Shown in pieces: positions 27,501-40,040 of a stretch of DNA of 64,000 nt (positions are counted from its first letter, which is position 1; every line of letters begins with the position of its first letter). Under the pieces are notes generated by a model. It worked only from the letters and a program-made list of their open reading frames with translations. It had not been told where the DNA came from and did not search any database. The DNA is from the human T2T-CHM13v2.0 reference genome, Homo sapiens. Location of the stretch: NCBI GenBank assembly GCA_009914755.4, contig CP086569.2, positions 32,001 to 96,000 on the forward strand, written 5' to 3'. The translations under genes and the position numbers were made by a program.

Positions 27501-30500
27501 GTTTAGAGTCTGCATTGGGCCTGGGTCTCATTGAGGACAGATAGAGAGCAGACTGTGCAACCTTTAGAGTCTCTATTGGGCCTAGGTCTCATTGAGGACA
27601 GATAGGGAGCGGACTGTGCAACCTTTAGAGTCTGCATTGGGCCTAGGTCTCATTGACGGCAGACAGAGAGCAGGCTCGGCAACCCTTAGAGTCTGCATTG
27701 GGCCTAGATCTCATTGAGGACAGATAGAGAGCATACTATGCAACCTTTAGAGTCTGCACTGGGCTTAGTTCTCATTGAGGAAACATAGAGAGCAGACTGT
27801 GCAACCTTTAGAGTCTGCATTAGGCCTATGTCTCATTGAGGACAGTTAGAGAGCAGACTGTGCTACCTTTAGAGTCTGCATTTGGCCTAGGTCTCATTGA
27901 GTACAGAAAGAGACCAGAGTGTGCAACCTTTAGAGTCTGCATTGGGCCTGGGTCTCATTGAGGACAGATAGAGAGGAGACTGTAGAACCTTTATAGTCTG
28001 CATTGGGCCTAGGTCTCATTGAGGTCAGATAGGGAGCAGACTGGGCAAGCTTTAGAGTCTGCACTTGGCCTAGGTCTCATTGAGGACAGATAGAGAACAG
28101 ACTGTGCAACCTTTAGAGTCTGCATTGGGCCTAGGTCTCATTGAGGGCAGTTAGAGAGCAGACTGTGCAACCTTTAGAGTCTGCATTGGGCCTAGGTCTC
28201 ATTGAGAGCAGATAGAGAGCACACTGTGCAACCTCTAGAGTCGGCATTGGGCCTAGGTCTCATTGAGGACAGATAGAGACCAGACTGTGCAAACTTTAGA
28301 GTCTGCATTGGGCCTAGGTCTCATTGAGGACAGATACAGGGCAGACTGTGCAACCTTTAGAGTCTGCATTGGGCCTAGGTCTCATTGAGGTCAGATAGAG
28401 AGCAGACTGTGCAACCTTTAGAGTCTGCACTGGGCCTAGGTCTCATTGAGGGCAGATAGAGACCATACTGTGCAACCTTTAGAGTCTGCATTGGGTCTAG
28501 GTCTCACTGAGGAGAGATAGAGAGCAGACTTTGCAAACTTTAGAGTCTGCATTAGGTCTAGGTCTCACTGAGGACTGATAGAGAGCAGATTATGCAACCT
28601 TTAGAGTCTGCACTGGCCCTAGGTCTCATTGAGGACAGATAGAGAGCAGACTGCGCAAACTTTAGAGTCTGCATTGGGCCTAGGTCTCATTGAGGACAGA
28701 TAGAGAGCACACTGTGTAACCTTTAGAGTCTGCATAGGGCCTCGGTCTCATTGAGGACCGATAGAGAGCAGACTGTGCCACCTTTAGAGTCTGCATTGGG
28801 CCTGGGTCTCATTGAGGAGAAATAGAGAGCAGACTGTGCAACCTTTAGAGTCTGCATTGGGCCTAGGTCTCATTGAGGACAGATGGAGAGCAGACTGTGC
28901 AACCTTTAGAGTCTGCATTGGGCCTAGGTCTCATTGAGGGCACATAGAGAGCAGACTGTGCAACCTTTAGAGTCTGCATTGGGCCTAGGTCTCATTGAGA
29001 GAAGATAGAGAGCATACAGTGCAACCTTTAGAGTCGGCATTGGGCCTAGGTCTCATTGAGGACAGATAGAGACCAGACTGTGAAACCTTTAGAGTCTGCA
29101 TTGGGCCTAGGTCTCATTGAGGACAGATAGAGAGCAGAGTAGGCAACCATTAGAGTCGGCACTGGTCCTAGGTCTCATTGAGGACAGATATAGAGCAGAC
29201 TGTGCAACCTTTAGAGTCTGCATTGGGCCTGGGTCTCATTGAGGACAGATAGAGAGCAGACTGTGCAACCTTTAGAGGCTGCACTGGGCCTAGGTCTCAT
29301 TGAGGACAGATAGAGGGCAGACTGTGCAACCTTTAGAGTCTGCATTGGGCCTAGGTCTCATTGAGGACCGATAGAGAGCAGACTGTGCAACCTTTAGAGT
29401 CTGCACTGGGCCTAGGTCTCATTGAGGGCAGATAGAGACCATACTGTGCAACCTTTAGAGTCTGCATTGGGCCTAGGTCTCACTGAGGAGAGATAGAGAG
29501 CACACTGTGTAACCTTTAGAGACTGCATAGGGCCTCGGTCTCATTGAGGACCGATAGAGAGCAGACTGTGCCACCTTTAGAGTCTGCATTGGGCCTGGGT
29601 CTCATTGAGGACAAATAGAGAGCAGACTGTGCAACCTTTAGAGTCTGCATTGGGCCTAGGTCTCATTGAGGACAGATGGAGAGCAGACTGTGCAACCTAT
29701 AGAGTCTGCATTGGGCCTAGGTCTCATTGAGGACAGATGGAAAGCAGACTGTGCAACCTTTAGAGTCTGCATTGGACCTAGGTCTCATTGAGGACAGATA
29801 GAGAGCAGACTATGCAAACTTTAGAGGCTGGACTGAGCCTAGGTCTCATTGAGGACAGATAGAGAGCAGACTGTGCAACCTTTACAGTCTGCATTGGGCC
29901 TGGGCCTCATTCAGGACAGATAGAGACCAGACTGCGCAACCTTTAGAGTCTGCATTGGGCCTAGGTCTCATTGAGAGTAGATAGAGAGCAGACTGTGCAA
30001 CCTTTAGAGTCTACATTGGGCCTAGGTCTCATTGAGGGCAGATAGAGAGCAGACTGTGCAACCTTTAGAGTCTGCACTTGGCCTAGGTCTCATTGAGGAC
30101 ACATAGAGAGCAGACTGTGCAACCTTTAGAGTCTGCATTGGGCCTAGGTCTCGTTGAGGGCAGATAGAGAGCAGACTGTGCAAACTTTAGAGTTTGCATT
30201 GGGCCTAGGTCTCATTGAGGAGAGATAGAGAGCAGACTGTGCAACCTTTAGAGTCTGCATTGGGCCTAGGTCTCATTGAGGACAGATGGAGAGCACACTG
30301 TGCAACCTTTAGAGTCCGCATTGGGCCTAGGTCTCATTGAGGACAGATAGAGACCAGACTGTGCAACCTTTAGTGTTTGCATTGGGCCTAGGTCTCATTG
30401 AGGGCAGATAGAGAGCAGAATGTGCAACCCTTAGAGTCTGCATTGGGCCTAGGTCTCATTGAGGACAGATAGAGAGCAGACTGTGCAACCTTTAGAGTCT

Positions 30501-33500
30501 GCACTGGGCCTAGGTCTCTTTGAGGACAGACAGAGAGCAGACTGTGCAAACTTTAGAGTCTGCACTGGGCCTAGGTCTCATTGAGGACACATAGAGAGCA
30601 GACTGTGCAACCTTTAGAGTCTGCATTGGGCCTATGTCTCATTGAGGACAGTTAGAGAGCAGACTGTGCAAACTTTAGAGTCTGCATTTGGCCTACGTCT
30701 CATTGAGGACAAAAAGAGACCAGAGTGTGCAACCTTTAGAGTCGGCATTGGGACTCGGTCTCATTGAGGACAGATAGAGAGCAGACTGTAGAACCTTCAT
30801 AGTCTGCATTGGGCCTAGGTCTCATTGAGGTCAGATAGAGAGCAGACTGTGCAAGCTTTAGAGTCTGCACTTGGCCTAGGTCTCATTGAGGACAGATAGA
30901 GAGCAGACTGTGCAAACTTTAGAGTCTGCATTGGGCCTAGGTCTCATTGAGGGCAGATAGAGACCAGACTATGCAACGTTTAGAGTCTGCATTGGGCCTA
31001 GGTGTCATTGAGGGCAGTTAGAGAGCAGACTGTGCAACCTTTAGAATCTGCATTGGGCCTAGGTCTCATTGAGAGCAGATAGAGAGCACACTGTGCAAAC
31101 TTTAGAGTCGGCATTGGGCCTAGGTCTCATTGAGGACAGATAGAGACCGGACTGTGCAACCTTTAGAGTCTGCATTGGGCCTAGGTCTCATTGAGGACAG
31201 ATAGAGAGCACACTAGGCAACCATTAGAGTCCGCACTGGTCCTAGGTCTCATTGAGGACAGATATAGAGCAGACTGTGCAACCTTTAGAGTCTGCATTGG
31301 GCCTGGGTCTCATTGAGGACAGATAGCGACCAGACTGTACAACCTTTAGAGTCTGCATTGGGCTTAGGTCTCATTGAGGGCAGTTAGAGAGCAGACTGTG
31401 CAACCTTTAGAGTCTGCATTGGGCCTAGGTCTCATTGAGAGCAGATAGAGAGCACACTGTGCAACCTCTAGAGTCGGCATTGGGCCTAGGTCTCATTGAG
31501 GACAGATAGAGACCAGACTGTTGAAACTTTAGAGGCTGCATTGGGCCTAGGTCTCATTGAGGACAGATAGAGGGCAGACTGTGCAACCTTTAGAGTCTGC
31601 AATGGACCTAGGTCTCATTGAGGACAGATACGGAGCAGACTGTGCAAACTTTAAAGTCTGCACTGAGCCTAGGTCTCATTGAGGGCAGATAGAGACCAGA
31701 CTGTGCAACCTTTAGAGTCTGCATTGGGTCTAGGTCTCACTGAGGCGAGATAGAGAGCAGACTTTGCAAACTTTAGAGTCTCCATTGGGTCTAGGTCTCA
31801 CTGAGGACTGACAGGAGCAGACTATGCAACCTTTAGAGTCTGCACTGGCCCTAGGTCTCATTGAGGACAGATAGAGAGCAGACTGCGCAAACTTTAGAGT
31901 CTGCATTGGGCCTAGGTCTCACTGAGGACAGATAGAGAGCACACTGTGTAACCTTTAGAGTCTGCATAGAGCCTCGGTCTCATTGAGGACAGATAGAGAG
32001 CAGACTGTGCAACCTTTAGAGTCTCTATTGGGCCTAGATCTCATTGAGGACAGATAGGGAGCGGACTGTGCAACCTTTAGAGTCTGCATTGGGCCTAGGT
32101 CTCATTGAGGGCAGATAGAGAGCAGGCTCGGCAACCCTTAGAGTCTGCATTGGGCCTAGATCTTATTGAGGACAGATAGAGAGCATACTATGCAACCTTG
32201 AGAGTCTGCACTGGGCCTAGGTCTCATTGAGGACACATAGAGAGCAGACTGTGCAACCTTTAGAGTCTGCATTGGGCCTATGTCTCATTGAGGACAGTTA
32301 GAGAGCAGACTGTGCAACCTTTAGAGTCTGCATTTGGCCTAGGTCTCATTGAGGACAGAAAGAGACCAGAGTGTGCAACCTTTAGAGTTTGCATTGGGCC
32401 TAGGTCTCATTGAGGACAGATAGAGAGCAGACTGTAGAACCTTTATAGTCTGCATTGGGCCTAGGTCTCATTGAGGTCAGATAGAGAGCAGACTGTGCAA
32501 GCTTTAGAGTCTACACTTGGCCTAGGTCTCATTGAGGACAGATAGAGAACAGACTGTGCAACCTTTAGAGTCTGCATTGGGCCTAGGTCTCATTGAGGGC
32601 AGTTAGAGAGCAGACTGTGCAACCTTTAGAGTCTGCATTGGGCCTAGGTCTCATTGAGAGCAGATAGAGAGCACACTGTGCAACCTCTAGAGTCGGCATT
32701 GGGCCTAGGTCTCATTGAGGACAGATAGAGACCAGACTGTGCAAACTTTAGAGTCTGCATTGGGCCTAGGTCTCATTGAGGACAGATAGAGGGCAGACTG
32801 TGCAACGTTTAGAGTCTGCATTGGGCCTAGGTCTCATTGAGGACAGATAGAGAGCAGACTGTGAAACCTTTAGAGTCTGCACTGGGCCTAGGTCTCATTG
32901 AGGGCAGATAGAGACCATACTGTGCAACCTTTAGAGTCTGCATTGGGTCTAGGTCTCACTGAGGAGAGATAGAGAGCAGACTTTGCAAACTTTAGAGTCT
33001 ACATTAGGTCTACGTCTCACTGAGGACTGATAGAGAGCAGACTATGCAACCTTTAGAGTCTGCACTGGCCCTAGGTCTCATTGAGGACACATAGAGAGCA
33101 GACTGCGCAAACTTTAGAGTTTGCATTGGGCCTAGGTCTCACTGAGGACAGATAGAGAGCACACTGTGTAACCTTTAGAGTCTGCGTAGGGCCTCGGTCT
33201 CATTGAGGACCGATAGAGAGCAGACTGTGCCACCTTTAGAGTCTGCATTGGGCCTGGGTCTCATGGAGGAGAAATAGAGAGCAGACTGTGCAACCTTTAG
33301 AGTCTGCATTGGGCCTAGGTCTCATTGAGGACAGATGGAGAGCAGACTGTGCAACCTTTAGAGTCTGCATTGGGTCTATGTCTCATTGAGGGCAGATAGA
33401 GACCAGACTGTGCAACCTTTAGAGTTTGCATTGGGCCTAGGTCTCATTGAGGGCAGATAGAGAGCAGACTGTGCCACCTTTAGAGTCTACATTGGGCCTA

Positions 33501-33800
33501 GGTCTCATTGAGGACAGATAGAGAGCAGACTGTGCAACCTTTATAGTCTGCACTGGGCCTAGGTCTCTTTGAGGACAGACAGAGAGCAGACTGTGCAAAC
33601 TTTAGAGTCTGCACTGGGCCTAGGTGTCATTGAGGACAGATAGAGACCAGACTGTGCAACCTTTAGAGTCTGCATTGGGCCTAGGTCTCCTTGAGGTCAG
33701 ATAGGCAGCAGACTGTGCAACCTTTAGAGTCTGCATTGGGTCTAGGTCTAATTGCGGACAGATGGAGAGCAGACTATGCAAAGTTTACAGTCTGCATTGG
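24600..33800. repeat. ~9-kb higher-order block that duplicates ~10600-19900 (offset ~13.85-13.97 kb). A third copy of the 3.4-kb block lies at ~31500-34900
   Basis: Variant-unit strings match between 11221 and 25187 (offset 13,966), between 13321 and 27290, between 17676 and 31521, and between 19861 and 33700. Unit-level indels change the offset by multiples of ~61. Confidence 0.75.
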
Positions 33801-36800
33801 GCCTGGGTCTCATTGAGGACAGATAGAGAGCAGACTGTGCAACCTTTAGAGTCTCTATTGGGCCTAGGTCTCATTGAGGACAGATAGAGAGCAGACTGTG
33901 CAACCTTTAGAGTCTGCATTGGGCCTAGGTCTCATTGAGGGCAGATAGAGAGCAGGCTCGGCAACCCTTAGAGTCTGCGTTGGGCTTAGATCTCATTGAG
34001 GACAGATAGAGAGCATACTATGCAACCTTTAGAGTCTGCACTGGGCCTAGGTCTCATTGAGGACACATAGAGAGCAGACTGTGGAACCTTTAGAGTCTGC
34101 ATTGGGCCTATGTCTCAATGAGGACAGTTAGAGAGCAGACTGTGCAACCTTTAGAGTCTGCATTGGGCCTAGGTCTCATTGAGGACAGATAGAGAGCAGA
34201 CTGTAGAACCTTTATAGTCTGCATTGGGCCTAGGTCTCATTGAGGTCAGATAGAGAGCAGACTGTGCAAGCTTTAGAGTCTGCACTTGGCCTAGGTCTCA
34301 TTGAGGACAGATAGAGAGCAGACTGTGCAACCTTTAGAGTCTGCATTGGGCCTAGGTGTCATTGAGGGCAGATAGAGACCAGACTATGCAACGTTTAGAG
34401 TCTGCATTGGGCCTAGGTGTCATTGAGGGCAGTTAGAGAGCAGACTGTGCTACCTTTAGAGTCTGCATTAGGCCTAGGTCTCATTGAGAGCAGATAGAGA
34501 GCACACTGTGCAAACTTTAGAGTCGGCATTGGGCCTAGGTCTCATTGAGGACAGATAGAGACCGGACTGTGCAACCTTTAGAGTCTGCATTGGGCCTAGG
34601 TCTCATTGAGGACAGATAAAGAGCAGACTAGGCAACCATTAGAGTCGGCACTGGTCCTAAGTCTCATTGAGGACAGATATAGAGGAGACTGTGTAACCTT
34701 TAGAGTCTGCATTGGGCCTGGGTCTCATTGAGGACAGATAGCGACCAGACTGTGCAACCTTTAGAGTCTGCATTGGGTCTAGGTCTCATTGAGGGCAGTT
34801 AGAGAGCAGACTGTGCCACCTTTAGAGTCTGCATTGGGCCTAGGTCTCATCGACAGCAGATAGAGAGCACACTGTGCAACCTCTAGAGTCGGCATTGGGC
34901 CTAGGTCTCATTGAGGACAGATAGAGACCAGACTGTTAAAACTTTAGAGTCTGCATTGGGCCTAGGTCTAATTGAGGACAGATAGAGGGCAGACTGTGCA
35001 ACCTTTAGAGTCTGCATTGGGCCTAGGTCTCATTGAGGACAGATACAGAGCAGACTGTGCAAACTTTAAAGTCTGCACTGAACCTAGGTCTCATTGAGGG
35101 CAGATAGAGACCATAATGTGCAACCTTTAGAGTCTGCATTGGGTCTAGGTCTCACTGAGGAGAGATAGAGAGCAGACTTTGCAAACTTTAGAGTCTCCAT
35201 TGGGTCTAGGTCTCACTGAGGACTGATAGAGAGCAGACTATGCAACCTTTAGAGTCTGCACTGGCCCTAGGTCTCATTGAGGACACATAGAGAGCAGACT
35301 GCGCAAACTTTAGAGTCTGCATTGGGCCTAGGTCTCACTGAGGACAGATAGAGAGCACACTGTGTAACCTTTAGAGTCTGCATAGGGCCTCGGTCTCATT
35401 GAGGACCGATAGAGAGCAGACTGTGCCACCTTTAGAGTCTGCATTGGGCCTGGGTCTCATTGAGGACAAATAGAGAGCAGACTGTGCAACCTTTAGAGTC
35501 TGCATTGGGCCTAGGTCTCATTGAGGACAGATAGAGAGCAGACTGTGCAACCTTTAGAGTCTGCATTGGGCCTAGGTCTCATTGAGGGCAGATAGAGAGC
35601 AGACTGTGCAACCTTTAGAGTCTGCACTGGGCCTAGGTCTCATCGAGGACAGATAGAGAGCAGACTGTGCAACCTTTAGAGTCTGCATTGGACCTAGGTC
35701 TCATTGAGGACAGATAGAGAGCAGACTATGCAAACTTTACAGTCTGCACTGGGCCTAGGTCTCATTGAGGACAGATAGAGACCAGAGTGTGCAACCTTTA
35801 GAGTCTGCATTGGGCCTAGGTCTCATTGAGGACAGACAGAGAGCAGACTGTAGAACCTTTATAGTCTGCATTGGGCCTATGTCTCATTGAGGTCAGATAG
35901 AGAGCAGACTGTGCAAGCTTTAGAGTCTGCACTTGGCCTAGGTCTCATTGAGGACAGATAGAGAGCAGACTGTGCAACCTTTAGAGTCTGCATTGGGCCT
36001 AGGTCTCATTGAGGACAGATAGAGACCAGACTGTGCAACCTTTATAGTCTGCACTGGGCCTAGGTCTCATTGAGGAGAGATAGAGAGCAGACTGCGCAAC
36101 CTTTAGAGTCTTCATTGGGCCTAGGTCTCATTGAGGGCAGATAGAGACCAGAGTGTTCAACCTTTAGAGTCTGCATTGGGCCTAGGTCTCATTGAGGACA
36201 GATAGAGAGCAGACTGTAGAAACTTTATAGTCTGCATTGGGCCTAGGTCTCATTGAGGTCAGATAGAGAACAGACTGTGCAAGCTTTAGAGTCTGCACTT
36301 GGCCTAGGTCTCATTGAGGACAGATAGAGAACAGACTGTGCAACCTTTAGAGTCTGCACTAGGCCTAGGTCTCATTGAGGACAGATAGAGAGCAGACTGT
36401 GCAACCTTTAGAGTCTGCATTGGACCTAGGTCTCATTGAGGACAGATAGAGAGCAGACTATGCAAACTTTAGAGGCTGCACTGAGCCTAGGTCTCATTGA
36501 GGACAGATAGAGAGCAGACTGTGCAACCTTTACAGTCTGCATTGGGTCTGGGCCTCATTCAGGACAGATAGAGACCAGACTGTGCAACCTTTAGAGTCTG
36601 CATTGGGCCTAGGTCTCATTGAGAGCAGATAGAGAGCAGACTGTGCAACCTTTAGAGTCTGCATTGGGCCTAGGTCTCATTGAGGGCAGATAGAGAGCAG
36701 ACTGTGCAAACTTTAGAGTCTGCATTGGGCCTAGGTCTCATTGAGGAGAGATAGAGAGCAGACTGTGCAACCTTTAGAGTCTGCATTGGGCCTAGGTCTC

Positions 36801-39800
36801 ATTGAGGACAGATGGAGAGCACACTGTGCAACCTTTAGAGTCCGCATTGGGCCTAGGTCTCATTGAGGACAGATAGAGACCAGACTGTGCAACTTTAGAG
36901 TCTGCATTGGGCCTAGGTCTCATTGAGGGCAGATAGAGAGCAGACTGTGCAACCTTTAGAGTCTGCACTGGGCCTAGGTCTCATTGAGGACAGATAGAGA
37001 GCAGACTGTGCAACCTTTAGAGTCTGCACTGTGCCTAGGTCTCTTTGAGGACAGACAGAGAGCAGACTGTGCAAACTTTAGAGTCTGCACTGGGCCTAGG
37101 TGTCATTGAGGACAGATAGAGACCAGACTGTGCAACCTTTAGAGTCTGCATTGGGCCTAAGTCTCCTTGAGGTCAGATAGACAGCAGACTGTGCAACCTT
37201 TAGAGTCTGCATTGGGCCTAGGTCTAATTGCGGACAGACAGAGAGCAGACTATGCAACGTTTAGAGTCTGCATTGGGCCTGGGTCTCATTGAGGACAGAT
37301 AGAGTGCAGACTGTGCAACCTTTAGAGTCTCTATTGGGCCTAGGTCTCATTGAGGACAGATAGAGAGCGGACTGTGCAACCTTTAGAGTCTGCATTGGGC
37401 CTAGGTCTCATTGAGGGCAGATAGAGAGCAGGCTCGGCAACCCTTAGAGTCTGCATTGGGCTTAGATCTCATTGAGGACAGATAGAGAGCATACTATGCA
37501 ACCTTTAGAGTCTGCACTGGGCCTAGGTCTCATTGAGGACACATAGAGAGCAGACTGTGCAACCTTTAGAGTCTGCATTGGGCCTATGTCTCATTGAGGA
37601 CAGTTAGAGAGCAGACTGTGCAACCTTTAGAGTCTGCATTTGGCCTAGGTCTCATTGAGGACAGAAAGAGACCAGAGTGTGCAACCTTTAGAGTCTGCAT
37701 TGGGCCTAGGTCTCATTGAGGACAGATAGAGAGCAGACTGTAGAACCTTTATAGTCTGCATTGGGCCTAGGTCTCATTGAGGTCAGATAGAGAGCAGACT
37801 GTGCAAGCTTTAGAGTCTGCACTTGGCCTAGGTCTCATTGAGGACAGATAGAGAGCAGACTGTGCAACCTTTAGAGTCTGCATTGGGCCTAGGTCTCATT
37901 GAGGGCAGATAGAGACCAGACTATGCAACGTTTAGAGTCTGCATTGGGCCTAGGTGTCATTGAGGGCAGTTAGAGAGCAGACTGTGCTACCTTTAGAGTC
38001 TGCATTGGGCCTAGGTCTCATTGAGAGCAGATAGAGAGCACACTGTGCAAACTTTAGAGTCGGCATTGGGCCTAGGTCTCATTGAGGACAGATAGAGACC
38101 GGACTGTGCAACCTTTAGAGTCTGCATTGGGCCTAGGTCTCATTGAGGACAGATAAAGAGCAGACTAGGCAACCATTAGAGTCGGCACTTTTCCTAGGTC
38201 TCATTGAGGACAGATATAGAGCAGACTGTGCAACCTTTAGAGTCTGCATTGGGTCTGGGTCTCATTGAGGACAGATAGCGACCAGACTGTGCAACCTTTA
38301 GAGTCTGCTTTGGGCTTAGGTCTCATTGAGGGCAGTTAGAGAGCAGACTGTGCAACCTTTAGAGTCTGCATTGGGTCTAGGTCTCATTGAGAGCAGATAG
38401 AGAGCACACTGTGCAACCTCTAGAGTCGGCATTGGGCCTAGGTCTCATTGAGGACAGATAGAGACCAGACTGTTAAAACTTTAGAGTCTGCATTGGGCCT
38501 AGGTCTCATTGAGGACAGATAGAGGGCAGACTGTGCAACCTTTAGAGTCTGCATTGGTCCTAGGTCTCATTGAGGACAGATAGAGAGCAGACTGCGCAAA
38601 CTTTAGAGTCTGCATTGGGCCTAGGTCTCACTGAGGACAGATAGAGAGCACACTGTGTAACCTTTAGAGTCTGCATAGGGCCTCGGTCTCATTGAGGACC
38701 GATAGAGAGCAGACTGTGCAACCTTTAGAGTCTGCATTGGGCCTGGGTCTCATTGAGGACAAATAGAGAGCAGACTGTGCAACCTTTAGAGTCTGCATTG
38801 GGCCTAGGTCTCATTGAGGACAGATAGAGAGCAGACTGTGCAACCTTTAGAGTCTGCATTGGGCCTAGGTCTCATTGAGGGCAGATAGAGAGCAGACTGT
38901 GCAACCTTTAGAGTCTGCACTAGGCCTAGGTCTCATCGAGGACAGATAGAGAGCAGACTGTGCAACCTTTAGAGTCTGCATTGGACCTAGGTCTCATTGA
39001 GGACAGATAGAAAGCAGACTATGCAAACTTTACAGTCTGCACTGGGCCTAGGTCTCATTGAGGACAGATAGAGACCAGAGTGTGCAACCTTTAGAGTCTG
39101 CATTGGGCCTAGGTCTCATTGAGGACAGATAGAGAGCAGACTGTAGAACCTTTATAGTCTGCATTGGGCCTAGGTCTCATTGAGGTCAGATAGAGAGCAG
39201 ACTGTGCAAGCTTTAGAGTCTGCACTTGGCCTAGGTCTCATTGAGGACAGATAGAGAGCAGACTGTGCAACCTTTAGAGTCTGCATTGGGCCTAGGTCTC
39301 ATTGAGGACAGATAGAGACCAGACTGTGCAACCTTTATAGTCTGCACTGGGCCTAGGTCTCATTGAGGACAGATAGAGAGCAGACTGCGCAACCTTTAGA
39401 GTCTTCATTGGTCCTAGGTCTCATTGAGGGCAGATAGAGACCAGACTATGCAACCTTTAGAGTCTGCATTGGGCCTAGGTCTCATTGAGGGCAGATAGAG
39501 AGCAGACTGTGCAACCTTTAGAGTATGCATTGGGCCTAGGTCTCATTGAGGGCAGATAGAGAGCAGACTGTGCAACGTTTAGAGTCTGCATTGTGCCTAA
39601 GTCTCATTGAGGACAGATAGAGAGCAGACTGTGCAACCTTTCGAGTCTGCACTGGGCCTAGGTCTCATTGAGGGCAGATAGGGACCAGAGTATGCAACCT
39701 TTAGAGTCTGCACTGGGCCTAGGTCTCATTGAGGGCAGATAGAGACCAGACTATGCAACCTTTAGAGTCTGCATTGGGACCCCAGAAATCCTAAACTTTG

Positions 39801-40040
39801 TGTGGTCTAAGGACGGTTAGAGAGCCACGTCTGGACCATCCCTGTGGCTGCCACCTGAATGGCGGCCAGCACGAGATCTTATGCTTGCACACTGTGCCTG
39901 CAAGGGTGGGAGGGGCTGGCTTATCTCAGACAACCTCCTGATAGTGGGGTAAACCAAAAATAGAATTCTAAGCCCCTCAGCTGACTGAGTGGACCTGTTT
40001 GTAGCCAAGGGGATCCCAAAGAAACCTGAAAAACAACTCA

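Larger units (their letters stand above)
1..39780. repeat. Tandem satellite array with a 61-bp unit (approx consensus TTTAGAGTCTGCATTGGGCCTAGGTCTCATTGAGGACAGATAGAGAGCAGACTGTGCAACC), ~650 copies; truncated by window start
   Basis: Same ~61-nt unit recurs head-to-tail without interruption (TTTAGAGT at 63, 124, 185 ...). The array ends abruptly mid-unit at ...GCATTGGGACC / CCAGAAATCC around 39780. Confidence 0.95.

Noticed and set aside
1-39780. CRISPR-like appearance (very regular short direct repeats)
   Set aside because: There are no unique spacers between repeats. The units are contiguous 61-mers with only point variants. The surrounding sequence is unmistakably primate (Alu elements, GT-AG introns), so a prokaryotic interpretation is excluded.
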